64,000 nt of DNA from Minisyncoccota bacterium (GTDB taxonomy: Bacteria; Patescibacteriota; Minisyncoccia; Phycocordibacterales; JACRKE01): NCBI GenBank assembly GCA_041660505.1, contig JBAZWG010000002.1, forward strand, positions 868-64,867, read 5' to 3'. Each line of letters starts with the position of its first letter. Position 1 is the first letter of the stretch. A model generated the notes under the pieces. That model had not been told where the DNA came from. It saw nothing but the letters and a program-made list of their open reading frames with translations, and searched no databases. The translations under genes and the position numbers were made by a program. Below, piece by piece: positions 9,167-20,155 of the stretch.

Positions 9167-10264
9167 ATGAATAGAACAAAAAGAGTAGATGTGATACTAG
9201 CCACACTTACCGTGCTATTGGTCACGATCGGCTTTCTGGTATTCGCCTCCGCTTCTATGGGTTTGCTATCCAGGGGTGGAGCCAATTATTCCTTGGTATT
9301 AATGAAACAGGGTGCTATTGCGCTCGCCGGTATTGTTTTGCTATTTTTCCTCGCTACGAAGATCCATTATAAATTCTTTCAGCATTATGCCACGGGGATT
9401 TTTTTCTTAACCCTTATACTCACTATTCTAGTTTTCATTCCGCACATAGGTTTCAGCACCAAGGGAGGTACGCGCTGGATAGATCTCGGTTTCGGCACTA
9501 TTCAGCCATCGGAATTTCTAAAGCTCGGCACGGTACTCTTTTTGGCTGCTTATTATGCGAAGATAAAGACTCACGTGACTTCGTTCACAAAAGGCTTTCT
9601 CCCGTTTCTTATTACTGTCGCAGTTGTCGGCGCGATAATACTTAAACAGCCGGACACGGGGACATTCCTGGTGGTCGTTTGCGGTGCTACTGCCGTTTTT
9701 CTGGCTGCAGGCGGGCGCTGGTTGCATTTAGCTATTTTCGCATTGGCGGGAATAATTCTTGCTGCCGGTCTTGCTACCGTATACCCGCATGTGCAGGACC
9801 GTATTAATACTTTTTTGAATTCAAAACAGGGGACTCTGGATACTTCGTACCATTTGCGTCAATCGCTCATAGCCATAGGTTCGGGGCAGATAATTGGCCG
9901 AGGCTTCGGCCAGAGCGTGCAAAAATTCAAATATCTCCCGGAACCGATAGGTGATTCCATATTTTCTGTATTTTCCGAGGACTTCGGCTTTATCGGCTCA
10001 TCTGTTCTAATTCTATTGTTCATGTTCTATTCCTTGCGGGGGCTTCGTATCTCCGACAGGGTGCCCGATCAGTTCGGTAGACTTCTTGGTATAGGAATTG
10101 TTATACTGATAGTGTCACAGTCGTATATAAACATAACGGCTTTGACCGGTATTATCCCGCTTACCGGAGTCCCGCTTGTCTTTATAAGTCAGGGCGGTAC
10201 GGCTCTGTTAATGGCGTTCATTGAAGCGGGGATATTATTGCAAATTTCTAGACATACTCAATAG
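9167..10264 (+). CDS. ftsW: SEDS peptidoglycan polymerase FtsW
   Basis: RWIDLG, QPSEFLK, QPDTGT, PLTGVPLVFISQGG; directly upstream of murG. Confidence 0.9.
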   Translation: MNRTKRVDVILATLTVLLVTIGFLVFASASMGLLSRGGANYSLVLMKQGAIALAGIVLLFFLATKIHYKFFQHYATGIFFLTLILTILVFIPHIGFSTKGGTRWIDLGFGTIQPSEFLKLGTVLFLAAYYAKIKTHVTSFTKGFLPFLITVAVVGAIILKQPDTGTFLVVVCGATAVFLAAGGRWLHLAIFALAGIILAAGLATVYPHVQDRINTFLNSKQGTLDTSYHLRQSLIAIGSGQIIGRGFGQSVQKFKYLPEPIGDSIFSVFSEDFGFIGSSVLILLFMFYSLRGLRISDRVPDQFGRLLGIGIVILIVSQSYINITALTGIIPLTGVPLVFISQGGTALLMAFIEAGILLQISRHTQ

Positions 10265-10266
10265 TT

Positions 10267-11400
10267 ATGAAAATATTATTTACCGGAGGGGGAACGGGTG
10301 GACACTTTTATCCTATTATCGCTGTGGCGCAGGAACTTGCACGGCTATCGGAGGAAGAAAAATTCGTAGCACCTCAACTCTACTTCATGTCGAACGGCCC
10401 GTACAACAAACGAGCGTTATTCGACAACAGTATCGCCTACATTTTCGCGCCGGCTGGTAATCAAAGAATATATTTTTCACCAAAGAATATCTGGAATCTA
10501 ATAAAAACATTTTTTGGTATTTTGGGCGCCATCTGGAAAATATATCTCCTGTATCCGGATGTAATCTTCAGCAAGGGCGGGTACAGCAGTATCCCGGCGC
10601 TCGTAGCGGCGCGGGTATTCGGAATCCCGGTTGTTATCCACGAATCAGACAGTGTCCCTGGGCGTGTTAATCTCTGGGCGGGCAAATTCGCCGTCAAGAT
10701 TGCCGTATCGTACCCTGAGGCAGCCAAGTTCTTTCCACCGGACAAGACCGCGGTCACCGGCAACCCAATTCGTAGAGATTTCTTCTCTCCGGCATATTCC
10801 GGAGCGCATGAGTTCTTCGGCTTCGATCCGGCATTGCCGGTGATCTATGTGACGGGTGGCTCAAGCGGGTCTGCAAAAATGAACGACACGCTTGTCGACA
10901 CACTTCCACAGCTAATAGAGCATGCCCAAGTCATCATACAGACAGGCAAAGACTCTTACGAAGATATCTTGAAGAGAGTGACCTATATACTTGAAAAGAC
11001 GGGTAAACAGTCTCGCTGTAGGGTTTATGACTACGTAAATACATCGGCCTTGCGCATGATCGGCGGGAGTGCCGCAATAGTTATCTCACGAGCCGGATCT
11101 ACGATCTTCGAGATTGCCGCATGGGGCATACCGAGCATAATCATCCCGGGCGATGAGAGTGTCTTTCATAACGACCATCAACGCAAGAACGCTTACGCTT
11201 ACGCGCGCACCGGTGCATGTGTTGTCATAGAGGACAAGAATCTGCGTCCGAATATATTATATTCGGAAATTGAACGTATTTTGCAAAGTCAGGAGGTGCA
11301 AAAAAATATGCGTGAGGCGGCCAAAGCATTCGCGGACGATAAGAGCGCGCAACGTATAGCGCGAGAACTCTTAACGATTGCTTTGTCACATGAAATATAA
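10267..11400 (+). CDS. murG: UDP-GlcNAc:lipid I GlcNAc transferase
   Basis: GGGTGGH, SKGGY, HESD, TGNPIR, GGSSG, HQRKNA. Confidence 0.95.
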   Translation: MKILFTGGGTGGHFYPIIAVAQELARLSEEEKFVAPQLYFMSNGPYNKRALFDNSIAYIFAPAGNQRIYFSPKNIWNLIKTFFGILGAIWKIYLLYPDVIFSKGGYSSIPALVAARVFGIPVVIHESDSVPGRVNLWAGKFAVKIAVSYPEAAKFFPPDKTAVTGNPIRRDFFSPAYSGAHEFFGFDPALPVIYVTGGSSGSAKMNDTLVDTLPQLIEHAQVIIQTGKDSYEDILKRVTYILEKTGKQSRCRVYDYVNTSALRMIGGSAAIVISRAGSTIFEIAAWGIPSIIIPGDESVFHNDHQRKNAYAYARTGACVVIEDKNLRPNILYSEIERILQSQEVQKNMREAAKAFADDKSAQRIARELLTIALSHEI

Positions 11401-12667
11401 GTTTGTAATTATATATTTTTTGCTAATTCTGGCGCTGACTCCGCTAGCCTCAACTGTTGCGCAAACTGCCGATCTACAGAGTAAAATAGACGACAAAACC
11501 GCCCAACTTAAAAAGCTAGATTCAGAAATAAAGGCGGCAAGCTCCTTGGCTGCCAACGCCGGCAAAGAGGCAACCACGCTGAAGAAAACGCTTGCTGGCC
11601 TAGACGCGTCGCGTAAGGCACTCGAACAGCAGATAACCACTGCGAAAAAACAGATCGGTGCAACACAGGGTACGATTAAAAATTTGAATGTTTCGATACA
11701 GGCAACAACCAAACAGCTAGAATTACGCAGAAACATGGTGGGGGAGACTGTGCGCATATTGGCCGAGACAGAATCAGCATCTCCAGTAGCCGTCTTCCTT
11801 GGTTATGATTCTATGGGTGCTTATTGGGCTTATGAGCAAGGCGTAGAACAAATACAAAAGAATCTCACCGCCCGTATCATAGAGGCCAAACAGACTAAAG
11901 AATCCCTTGACCAGAACAAGACAATACAGGAGAGGGAGAAGGCGCGCTTAACCGATTATTCCGAACAAGTTCAGGATAAGAAGAAGATTGCCGAAGCGAC
12001 AAGCCAGGAAAAAAAGGCTTTGCTCGACGTGACGAAATCAAAAGAGGCCACTTATCAGAAGCTTCTGCTGGAGAAGAAGAAGGAACGCGAGGCCGTAGAA
12101 GCCGAATTACTTGATTACGAAGCGAGGCTTTCATTCACCCTCGACCCAAGTTCTATACCCAAGGCAGGTACGAAGGTATTTAAGTGGCCAACACAAGGCG
12201 GAGTTATAACCCAACTTTTTGGCAATACTGCGTTCTCTAGGACTACTACAGCCTATAACGGTAAGGGTCACAATGGCATCGATATAGGAGTGCCAATAGG
12301 TACACCGGTTTACGCCGCCGCAGACGCAGTGGTGCGCGGTTTCGGCAATACAGACTTAAACTGCAAGGGAGCCTCCTATGGCAAATGGATACTATTAGAT
12401 CATGCCATGAATATGAGTACTCTCTATGGTCACATGTCGCTTATCTCCGTTACCGAGGGACAACTCATTAAAGCTGGGGACAGAATAGGCTACAGCGGCA
12501 ATACCGGATACTCAACCGGTCCTCACATTCACTTCTCATTGTTTGCTAAGGCGAGTGTCAATATAAGCAAGCTCCAGAGTCGAGTGAGGAGCTGTGGTGC
12601 ATATACCCTGCCCGTAGCGTCCTTTAGCGGCTATCTGAATCCAACTTCATATTTGCAGATGCTGTAG
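11390..12667 (+). CDS. Secreted coiled-coil M23 peptidase (EnvC-like architecture)
   Basis: Signal peptide, long coiled coil, HNGID, LYGH, STGPHIHF. Confidence 0.88.
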   Translation: MKYKFVIIYFLLILALTPLASTVAQTADLQSKIDDKTAQLKKLDSEIKAASSLAANAGKEATTLKKTLAGLDASRKALEQQITTAKKQIGATQGTIKNLNVSIQATTKQLELRRNMVGETVRILAETESASPVAVFLGYDSMGAYWAYEQGVEQIQKNLTARIIEAKQTKESLDQNKTIQEREKARLTDYSEQVQDKKKIAEATSQEKKALLDVTKSKEATYQKLLLEKKKEREAVEAELLDYEARLSFTLDPSSIPKAGTKVFKWPTQGGVITQLFGNTAFSRTTTAYNGKGHNGIDIGVPIGTPVYAAADAVVRGFGNTDLNCKGASYGKWILLDHAMNMSTLYGHMSLISVTEGQLIKAGDRIGYSGNTGYSTGPHIHFSLFAKASVNISKLQSRVRSCGAYTLPVASFSGYLNPTSYLQML

Positions 12668-12686
12668 TTTACGATATAATAATATT

Positions 12687-12923
12687 ATGCCTAAAAAATT
12701 TTATACAAAAAGGGGAGTGTCTACACTTGGAATCATCGTAATCATCTGCGCTGTTATAGCGCTTCTTGTGTTCTTTAAGACAACCACATTCGACGAGGTT
12801 AAACAGCTTGGTATTGATGTCGGGCAAGGAGCCGTCGCCGTTCTCAAGGCAATCTGGTATCAGGTCATTATGCCGATCGTAAACTTTCTTCTGACAATTT
12901 TCTCGAGAGTCGTCCATAAGTAG
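12687..12923 (+). CDS. Small membrane protein
   Basis: 78 aa, KRG followed by a hydrophobic helix; TATAAT six nt upstream of ATG. Confidence 0.6.
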   Translation: MPKKFYTKRGVSTLGIIVIICAVIALLVFFKTTTFDEVKQLGIDVGQGAVAVLKAIWYQVIMPIVNFLLTIFSRVVHK

Positions 12924-12930
12924 GAGAGTG

Positions 12931-13029
12931 ATGATCAGCGTATCCTTGTTAGAATTTATAGGCTGGCTAGCATTCGCAATAATCCTTGGAGGGGCCATTA
13001 CCATCTGGGCAATGGATAAGATAGGATAG
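12931..13029 (+). CDS. Putative 32-aa single-TM micro-protein
   Basis: MISVSLLEFIGWLAFAIILGGAITIWAMDKIG*, AGGAG at 12922-12926, followed by a hairpin. Confidence 0.5.
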   Translation: MISVSLLEFIGWLAFAIILGGAITIWAMDKIG

Positions 13030-13047
13030 CCCCCTAGCCGCCATGAC

Positions 13048-13075
13048 CTTTTCCGACACACCGTGTCGCAAAAGA
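13048..13075. terminator. Hairpin between convergent genes (possibly bidirectional terminator)
   Basis: CTTTT-C-CGACAC-ACC-GTGTCG-C-AAAAG. Confidence 0.5.
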
Positions 13076-13131
13076 TATATTCTACGACATGTATAGTATT
13101 ATACAATACCGCTCCCCTCTAATAAATAAGC

Positions 13132-13581
13132 CTACTGGAGGCCTTTGCAATTTGCGGCCGGTGTGTACCCCTTTGCTCGTGCCTCAGCCACTGAAGCAAA
13201 ATATATTTTATTTGCGGTACTGATCCGGTTAGCACCTCCGCACCATGGATAGTAATACTTGGTACCCCCTTTCGAGGCCACAAGAGTGCCTCCTGTCCCC
13301 TGCTTGGGTTCAGAAGGTCCAGACGCTTGGCTTCCGGGTTCCGTTTTGAGAAGCCGAGCGTCTTGAGCCGGTACGGGTTCGCTTATTGTTACGGCCGGCC
13401 TTTGTTTGTTTAGATTAGCAATAAGCCCTAGCTCGAATGAACCTACAGCCACGAAAATAACCAAAACAGCCAGAAACAGGCGTGAATCCAGGAAGTGTCG
13501 CACGGTGGACAGAAATCGGTCTAGGCGTCCTGTATTGCCCTCCTCGTCGAACTTGATTATTTCCCCCGAATCTGGTATCAT
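13132..13581 (-). CDS. Membrane-anchored protein with C-terminal Ada-type metal-binding domain
   Basis: TM helix, Pro-rich linker, VASKGGTKYYYPWC...GYTPAANC; start 13581 (or 13590) downstream of TGATATAAT. Confidence 0.75.
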   Translation of the reverse strand: MIPDSGEIIKFDEEGNTGRLDRFLSTVRHFLDSRLFLAVLVIFVAVGSFELGLIANLNKQRPAVTISEPVPAQDARLLKTEPGSQASGPSEPKQGTGGTLVASKGGTKYYYPWCGGANRISTANKIYFASVAEARAKGYTPAANCKGLQ

Positions 13582-13604
13582 AATACCCATTATATCACAC
13601 CAAT

Positions 13605-13877
13605 ATGGCACATAAAAAAGCAGCCGGTTCAACAAAAAATCTACGCGACTCAAACCCAAAGTATCTTGGCGTTAAGATTGGCGACGGTCAGACGGCTAAG
13701 GTTGGCAATATAATCGTCCGCCAGCGCGGAACTCGCGTCTTGCCGGGTAAGAACGTCTTAATGGGTACAGACCATACCCTTTTCGCCTCTAAGGACGGCA
13801 AGGTCAAGTTCGGCACGAAGCGCAAGACCCACTTCGATGGCACAATCAATCGCCTCCCTATCGTCAGCGTAGAATAG
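13605..13877 (+). CDS. rpmA: 50S ribosomal protein L27
   Basis: [31 protein letters not shown]. Confidence 0.97.
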   Translation: MAHKKAAGSTKNLRDSNPKYLGVKIGDGQTAKVGNIIVRQRGTRVLPGKNVLMGTDHTLFASKDGKVKFGTKRKTHFDGTINRLPIVSVE

Positions 13878-13879
13878 CC

Positions 13880-14320
13880 TTATAGCGCAGTTATAACCAC
13901 TCGAACATGAGTGGTTTTTTCGCCCGCCTTAAGCTCTACTTGATGCTCGCCAATATGCTTGAGCGGCTTCTCGAGGACAACGAATTCTGCCGGAACAAGA
14001 ATGCTGTGCTTTGCAAGCTCTGTAACTATCTCGTCTTTATGTATGCCGGCAAATAAACTGCCGGTCTCTGTTGCTCTGGATTTGAACGTTAGCGTCAAGC
14101 CTTCTATTATTTTGAACTTGGTGAGGAGTAGCTCTTCTGCTTTCTTTTTATCAAGATGACCTTCTTCGACTTTCTTTTTGGCCCAGGCCTCCTTAGCCGG
14201 TGTAGCGACTTCTGCCAGTCCGTTCTTTACGAGATAATTCCTGCCATAACCGTCAGACACATTCTTGATCTCGAATCTCCTGCCGACATCTTTTATATCT
14301 TTAAGTAAAACAACCTTCAT
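13880..14320 (-). CDS. rplI: 50S ribosomal protein L9
   Basis: [13 protein letters not shown]...[17 protein letters not shown]. Confidence 0.95.
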   Translation of the reverse strand: MKVVLLKDIKDVGRRFEIKNVSDGYGRNYLVKNGLAEVATPAKEAWAKKKVEEGHLDKKKAEELLLTKFKIIEGLTLTFKSRATETGSLFAGIHKDEIVTELAKHSILVPAEFVVLEKPLKHIGEHQVELKAGEKTTHVRVVITAL

Positions 14321-14327
14321 ATATTTA

Positions 14328-15644
14328 TTATTTCCAGAGGGAATTATCTTTTAATACTGCGAGGGCCTTATCGAACTGCGGATCAATCTTCTTGTCTACA
14401 TTATCTTTTGTAATCGTCACAGGATAGTCCGGTGTGAGTCCGGAGTCGGAGATTGATCGGCCCTTTGGGGTAAACCATCTGGCGATGGTTATTTTAGCTT
14501 CCGTATCGGTCGTTATTGGAATAAGTTCTTGCACAGAACCTTTACCGAAACTACGCTCGCCAATCAATTTCGCCACTCCCTCGTCCTGCAAAGCTCCTGC
14601 GAGAATTTCTGAAGCCGAAGCCGAACCTCTATCTATTAATATCGCTATCCGTGGAACACTCTTTAGTTGAGAAACGGTACCGCGACTTTTGTGCTCCTTG
14701 GTTATTGCATTCGCTTCGGACCCCGAACGTTCGCTTACAACAACCCTCCCTGCAGGCACGAACCAGCTCGCGATATCTACGGCAGAATCAAGATAACCGC
14801 CTGGGTTCCCGCGCAGATCCAGGAGGAGTTTATCAGACCCGGAATCGACGAATTTCTGGAGCGCTTGACGGAATAGGTCTGATGCCTGCGCGGAAAAATT
14901 ATATAGTCTGATAACAAATATTCCGTCGGGGCGTATACCCTCATGACCTTCCGCATTACCGATTATGCTCGAGTTCCCTTCTATGCTTATAGTCGGAATA
15001 ACTATGGTGTCGCGAGTAATTGTAATATCTCTTTGAGGTTCTCCGTTGCGGCCAATCGTAATCTTCACTTTCGTTCCCTTCTCTCCCCTGATTTGTTGCA
15101 CTGCGACATCAACAGGCAAATCGGCGGCGGATTTATCGTCGATTTTTACAATTCGATCGCCGGACTTGATCCCCGCTCGAAATGCGGGCGTATCCTTAAG
15201 CGGAGCTACGACGGTCAGAGCTCCATCACGAATGCCGATCTCCATACCGACTCCGCTAAAGCTGCCATTAACTTCGTCCTGGAATAACTTAGCTTCTTCC
15301 GGCGGGAAGAACACGGTATAAGGGTCCCCCAGAGACTTGAACATTCCCTCGATAGCGCCATAAACTCGATCTTGACTCGTAATTTTTTTTGCATCAGTGC
15401 CGGTGGCCATATTACCGAGCCCTTGATGTGTTGCGACATAATGGTCGTCAATAGCCTTCCATGCCTGCCAGAAGGGGGCGAAGTCGACATCCTGTGGTTG
15501 ATCCTGATTTTTATTGAGAACGCCCAGAACTTTATCCGTAAGCGGTTTGTTAGAATACCCGACATATGCGCCGGCCATGAATGACGCTCCTAAAAGGAGT
15601 ATGACTGCGCCTATTAATGTTACTTTCTTACCATAAGGTGTCAT
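14328..15644 (-). CDS. ctpA: S41 C-terminal processing peptidase with PDZ domain
   Basis: [33 protein letters not shown]. Confidence 0.9.
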   Translation of the reverse strand: MTPYGKKVTLIGAVILLLGASFMAGAYVGYSNKPLTDKVLGVLNKNQDQPQDVDFAPFWQAWKAIDDHYVATHQGLGNMATGTDAKKITSQDRVYGAIEGMFKSLGDPYTVFFPPEEAKLFQDEVNGSFSGVGMEIGIRDGALTVVAPLKDTPAFRAGIKSGDRIVKIDDKSAADLPVDVAVQQIRGEKGTKVKITIGRNGEPQRDITITRDTIVIPTISIEGNSSIIGNAEGHEGIRPDGIFVIRLYNFSAQASDLFRQALQKFVDSGSDKLLLDLRGNPGGYLDSAVDIASWFVPAGRVVVSERSGSEANAITKEHKSRGTVSQLKSVPRIAILIDRGSASASEILAGALQDEGVAKLIGERSFGKGSVQELIPITTDTEAKITIARWFTPKGRSISDSGLTPDYPVTITKDNVDKKIDPQFDKALAVLKDNSLWK

Positions 15645-15696
15645 TTATACAGTATCTCATGTAGACGGGAAAATTTCAACGCGTTATACTATTCTA

Positions 15697-16617
15697 ATGA
15701 TTACCAGCTATGACATGCACGGTACCACCTGGGTAGACCTCGAGAAGCCGTCCAAGGATGAATTGTTCGGGCTTAAAGAAGCTTACAATATCCACCCCAT
15801 TGTATTGAACGAACTCAGTGAACCGTCTCTGCGCACAAAAGTTGATCTATATCCGAATTACGCCTATATGATCTTCCGCTTCCCTTCTCTCTTGAGTAAT
15901 GGGGATATCCACGACACGGAGGAGCATGAAGTTGACTTCATCGTCGGCAAGAATTTTTTGATAACGGCGCATTATGAATCGATAGAGCCGATTTACACAA
16001 TGGGCAAATATCTGGAGACCGGCGCAATGCTAAACAAAGACAGGCAAATCGAACATGCCGGCTTTTTATTCTACGCAATAATGAAGCGCCTTTATCAAGC
16101 ATCAGAAGATGACTTAATACACCTGCGCCATCATATTAAAGACACCGAGGAAGCAATTTTCGCCGGCAATGAACAGAAGATGGTGGAGGAAATTTCCAAG
16201 TTAAATAGAGTACTTATCAACTTCTGGTGGTGTACGCGAACGCACGATCAATTACTTTCTTCATTCGAAATCGTCGCCAGGAATTTCTGGGGAGAGTCTT
16301 TCCACTACTATCTTCATTCGTTATCCGGGGAGTTTTCTAAAATAGACAAAATGATAGATGGTTATAAAGAAGTCGTCATCGGCCTGCGCGACACGAACGA
16401 CTCACTTCTGACGACAAAAACTAATCAGACGATGAAGGTGCTCTCGATGGCGGCGGCCACTATCCTACCCATATCGGCGATAGCATCGATATTCGGGATG
16501 AATGTCCAGCATATGCCGTTCGTCGAACTTAAGTACGGGTTCTGGGCAGTCATTCTGCTTATGGTTTTGCTTTCTGTCGCCGGTATGGCATACTTCAGGT
16601 TCAAGAAATGGATATAG
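15697..16617 (+). CDS. corA: CorA family Mg2+ transporter
   Basis: NQTMKVLS, FGMN signature between two C-terminal TMs. Confidence 0.9.
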   Translation: MITSYDMHGTTWVDLEKPSKDELFGLKEAYNIHPIVLNELSEPSLRTKVDLYPNYAYMIFRFPSLLSNGDIHDTEEHEVDFIVGKNFLITAHYESIEPIYTMGKYLETGAMLNKDRQIEHAGFLFYAIMKRLYQASEDDLIHLRHHIKDTEEAIFAGNEQKMVEEISKLNRVLINFWWCTRTHDQLLSSFEIVARNFWGESFHYYLHSLSGEFSKIDKMIDGYKEVVIGLRDTNDSLLTTKTNQTMKVLSMAAATILPISAIASIFGMNVQHMPFVELKYGFWAVILLMVLLSVAGMAYFRFKKWI

Positions 16618-18035
16618 TTTTTACCAATACCCTATCTAGGCAAAAAGAGATTTTTAAGCCCATTCGTGAGAACGAGGCGGGTGTTTATTACTGCGGGCCG
16701 ACGGTTTACTGGACGCAACATATCGGCAATCTGCGAGGCGCAACCTGCGCGGATTTGATTGTGCGCGTTCTTAGATATAACAATTACAATCTTAATTTCG
16801 TTCGTAATTATACCGACGTCGGACATTTAACAGGAGACAATATTGGCGATGCCGACACTGGCGAAGACCGCATGGAGAAAGCGGCGAGACGCGAGGACAA
16901 GTCACCCGACGAGATCGCTAGAACATACATAGAAAGATATGAACAAGATACTAAAGAGCTCGATTTATTGGAGCCGACTCATAAACCGCGTGCAACAGAA
17001 CATGTTCAGGAGATGATAGAAATAGTAAGGACTTTACTGAAAAAAGGCTTCGCCTACGAGACTGATCTAGCGGTCTATTTCGATGTTTCCAAAGCTCATG
17101 ACTATACTCGCCTATCCGGTCAGGATTTAGATATGAACAGGCCTGGCGCCGGCACGGGTGATACGGAAGATCCAAACAAGAAACATCCCTTCGACTTCGC
17201 TATATGGTTCTTCGCCGCGGGCGCGCATGCAAACGCTCTGCAAACTTGGCCATCCCCCTTTCATTCAGTTTTGGTCAAGGACGGTACAGGTTTCCCCGGC
17301 TGGCACATAGAATGTTCGGCTATGAGTAAAAAGTACCTCGGCCCGACATTCGACATCCACATCGGCGGGATAGAACATATACCGGTGCACCACACCAACG
17401 AAATCGCCCAGAGCGAATCGGCGAACGGAGTGCGCTATGTTAACTATTGGCTTCACAATGAGCACCTTCTGGTCGATAACAAGAAGATGGCTAAGACAGA
17501 AGGTACTGCATATAGTTTGAATGAGGTTATAGAAAAAGGCTTTTCTCCCCTCTCGCTCCGATATCTATTCTTGACCGCGCACTATCGTTCTTCGCAAAAT
17601 TTTACTTGGGAGGCGCTCGGGCAGGCGGAGACAGCGTATAAAAAACTTCTGGGTTTTATCGAAGAACACAGATCAGACGAGCTGGGATCTATTATAGAAT
17701 CATATGAACAATCATTTCACACTGCGATCAATGACGATGTAAACATCCCGAAGGCGCTGGCGGTAATGTGGACAATGATTCGAGACCAGAAGCAGAAATC
17801 TGGAGATATAGTCGCTACTTTATATCAATTTGACAAAGCATTAGGGTTAAGACTTGCTTATACACAGGAAGATATGCCCGAAATTTCGCAGGAGCTTGCC
17901 GATTTACTAGCCCAGCGTAACACTGCGAGGGAAAATAAGGATTGGATTAAGGCCGACGAACTGCGCAATAAAATAGAGTCACAAGGATACATAATTAAAG
18001 ACACTGACAAGGGGTCAAAGTTGATTAAACGGTGA
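16608..18035 (+). CDS. cysS: Cysteine--tRNA ligase
   Basis: [28 protein letters not shown]; KMSKS appears as KMAKT. Confidence 0.95.
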   Translation: MDIVFTNTLSRQKEIFKPIRENEAGVYYCGPTVYWTQHIGNLRGATCADLIVRVLRYNNYNLNFVRNYTDVGHLTGDNIGDADTGEDRMEKAARREDKSPDEIARTYIERYEQDTKELDLLEPTHKPRATEHVQEMIEIVRTLLKKGFAYETDLAVYFDVSKAHDYTRLSGQDLDMNRPGAGTGDTEDPNKKHPFDFAIWFFAAGAHANALQTWPSPFHSVLVKDGTGFPGWHIECSAMSKKYLGPTFDIHIGGIEHIPVHHTNEIAQSESANGVRYVNYWLHNEHLLVDNKKMAKTEGTAYSLNEVIEKGFSPLSLRYLFLTAHYRSSQNFTWEALGQAETAYKKLLGFIEEHRSDELGSIIESYEQSFHTAINDDVNIPKALAVMWTMIRDQKQKSGDIVATLYQFDKALGLRLAYTQEDMPEISQELADLLAQRNTARENKDWIKADELRNKIESQGYIIKDTDKGSKLIKR

Positions 18036-18050
18036 TATACTGATTGCCTT

Positions 18051-19427
18051 ATGTCAGAGCGCGGGCAATTTATAAAAAAGGTCAGACTTCCTCCTCAAAA
18101 CAATGAGGCTGAACAGGCGCTCCTTGGTTCTATTATGCTTAGTCCCTCGATACTCGAGGAGATAATGACGATAGTAACACCGCGATCCTTTTATTCAGAG
18201 AAGCATCGAGTCGTTTACGATGTGTGCGTAGAACTATTCCAGAAAGGCAGTCCCGTCGACCTCCTCTCTGTCTCAACTCGCCTAACAGAGCGGCAACTAA
18301 TCGATCGCGTCGGAGGCGCCTCATTCCTGACCGAGTTGGTTAACGTTGTACCGTCCGCTTCCAATGCGGAATATTATGCCAAAATAGTTCAGAAAAAATC
18401 CACACTGCGCGAACTTATCGACACCGCCGATTATATTTCTTCACTAGGATATAATGAAGAAGAGGACTTGGATATTGTACTGGATAAAGCCGAGAAAAAA
18501 ATATTTGAAATCGCGAACCTATCGCCTAAACAGAAATTCGTTAGCATCAAGTCAACACTTTCTGAAGCATGGGATAGAATAGAAAAATTGCACGAACATA
18601 CAGGAGAATTACGCGGAACGCCTACCGGCTTCCCCGAACTTGATAGTAAACTTGCGGGACTCCAAAACTCGGACCTGATCATTCTCGCGGCACGACCCTC
18701 GATGGGTAAAACCTCCCTAGCAATGGATATCGCCCGCCAGGCGGCAACTAAGCATAATATCACGGTCGGCATCTTCTCTCTCGAAATGAGCTCTCAACAG
18801 CTTGTAGACCGTATGCTTGCGGCGGAATCGTACGTAGATTCTTGGCATTTGCGTACCGGTAAATTATCCCGAGATGAAGATTTCGCCAAAATCCGTGACG
18901 CACTTGATAAACTATCGCGTGCGCCGATATTCATCGATGACGCACCGGATTCGAGTATAATTAATATGCGGGCAACCGCACGCCGGCTCAAGGCAGAGCA
19001 CAATCTGGGGCTTATAGTCGTTGATTACCTCCAGCTTATGGCGACAAGCAAAAGCTATGATTCATTAGTACAACAGGTAACCGAAATCTCGCGCTCGTTA
19101 AAGGGCCTCGCCCGTGAATTGAATGTTCCCGTGCTTGCACTTTCCCAGCTCTCGCGCGCCGTTGAGGCGCGCGGCGGAGAACCGCGCCTGTCCGACCTCC
19201 GCGACTCCGGCTCTATCGAGCAGGACGCGGACGTCGTAATGTTCATCCATCGCGAGGATAAGTATGATAAAGAGTCAACGCGCCCGAATGTCGCCAAGAT
19301 TATCATCGCCAAGCACCGTAACGGCCCGACCGGCGAGGCCGAGCTCTACTTCGACGAGAAGCGCGTTAGCTTCGTCAGTATCGACAAGTCAGGTAACGCC
19401 GGCGGCGATGGCTTTGGGGGGTTTTAA
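18051..19427 (+). CDS. dnaB: Replicative DNA helicase
   Basis: PPQNNEAEQALLG, AARPSMGKT, VDYLQL, DLRDSGSIEQDAD, AKHRNGPTG. Confidence 0.97.
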   Translation: MSERGQFIKKVRLPPQNNEAEQALLGSIMLSPSILEEIMTIVTPRSFYSEKHRVVYDVCVELFQKGSPVDLLSVSTRLTERQLIDRVGGASFLTELVNVVPSASNAEYYAKIVQKKSTLRELIDTADYISSLGYNEEEDLDIVLDKAEKKIFEIANLSPKQKFVSIKSTLSEAWDRIEKLHEHTGELRGTPTGFPELDSKLAGLQNSDLIILAARPSMGKTSLAMDIARQAATKHNITVGIFSLEMSSQQLVDRMLAAESYVDSWHLRTGKLSRDEDFAKIRDALDKLSRAPIFIDDAPDSSIINMRATARRLKAEHNLGLIVVDYLQLMATSKSYDSLVQQVTEISRSLKGLARELNVPVLALSQLSRAVEARGGEPRLSDLRDSGSIEQDADVVMFIHREDKYDKESTRPNVAKIIIAKHRNGPTGEAELYFDEKRVSFVSIDKSGNAGGDGFGGF

Positions 19428-19437
19428 TTTTAGAAAG

Positions 19438-19509
19438 AACTCACACGAATTTACATGGTCTGGTTGAGTGACGAGGAGATCCGAGGACCTGAAAATTTGT
19501 TTGCGGGTT
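19438..19509. repeat. Imperfect long intergenic hairpin (REPIN/MITE-like or structured RNA)
   Basis: AACTCACACGAATTTACATGGTC pairs (with G-U and bulges) with GACCTGAAAATTTGTTTGCGGGTT around a ~25-nt loop. Confidence 0.45.
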
Positions 19510-19521
19510 TGAGAAACAACA

Positions 19522-20139
19522 ATGTCAGAATCAGTACAAAAACTTACCGAGTTATTTAGCAAGTTTCCGGGTATCGGCCCGAGACAAGCTCGGCGCTTTG
19601 TCTATCACCTGCTTGAAGAGACAGAGTCTTCACGAGGTTTTCTCGCTCAAAAAATCCTGTCGCTAAAAAGCGAGATGATGCGGTGTTCAAAATGTAAAAG
19701 ATTCTTTAGCGTCGGTGATGCTCCTCATCAGAATCTTTGCCCGTTATGCGCAGACACGGCTCGCGACAGTTCCCTACTCATGGTCGTAGCCCGCGATGTA
19801 GACCTCGAAAGTGTCGAGAAAACAAAACAATATAGCGGTAACTATTTCGTTCTGGGTGGCCAGCTTAAAATCTTAGACAAAAATCCTGAATCCAGAATCA
19901 GAATCATTGAGCTCGAGGCACTACTGCACAAGTCTCCCGATATAAAAGAAATAATAATAGCAATGAACGCCAATACCGAAGGCGATTATACTGCCGACTA
20001 TGTGCGCCAAAAGCTGACGGAGTCCTTCCCCACCCGCGATCTCAAGATTACCGTCCTAGGCCGCGGTCTTTCGACAGGCACGGAATTAGAATATTCTGAT
20101 TCTGAAACGATTACCTACGCACTTAAAAACCGCTTCTAG
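19522..20139 (+). CDS. recR: Recombination mediator RecR
   Basis: FPGIGPRQARR HhH, CSKC...CPLC zinc finger, YFVLGG, TEGDYTA, GTELEYSD. Confidence 0.93.
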   Translation: MSESVQKLTELFSKFPGIGPRQARRFVYHLLEETESSRGFLAQKILSLKSEMMRCSKCKRFFSVGDAPHQNLCPLCADTARDSSLLMVVARDVDLESVEKTKQYSGNYFVLGGQLKILDKNPESRIRIIELEALLHKSPDIKEIIIAMNANTEGDYTADYVRQKLTESFPTRDLKITVLGRGLSTGTELEYSDSETITYALKNRF

Positions 20140-20155
20140 CGGCTCTTAAGTTTCT

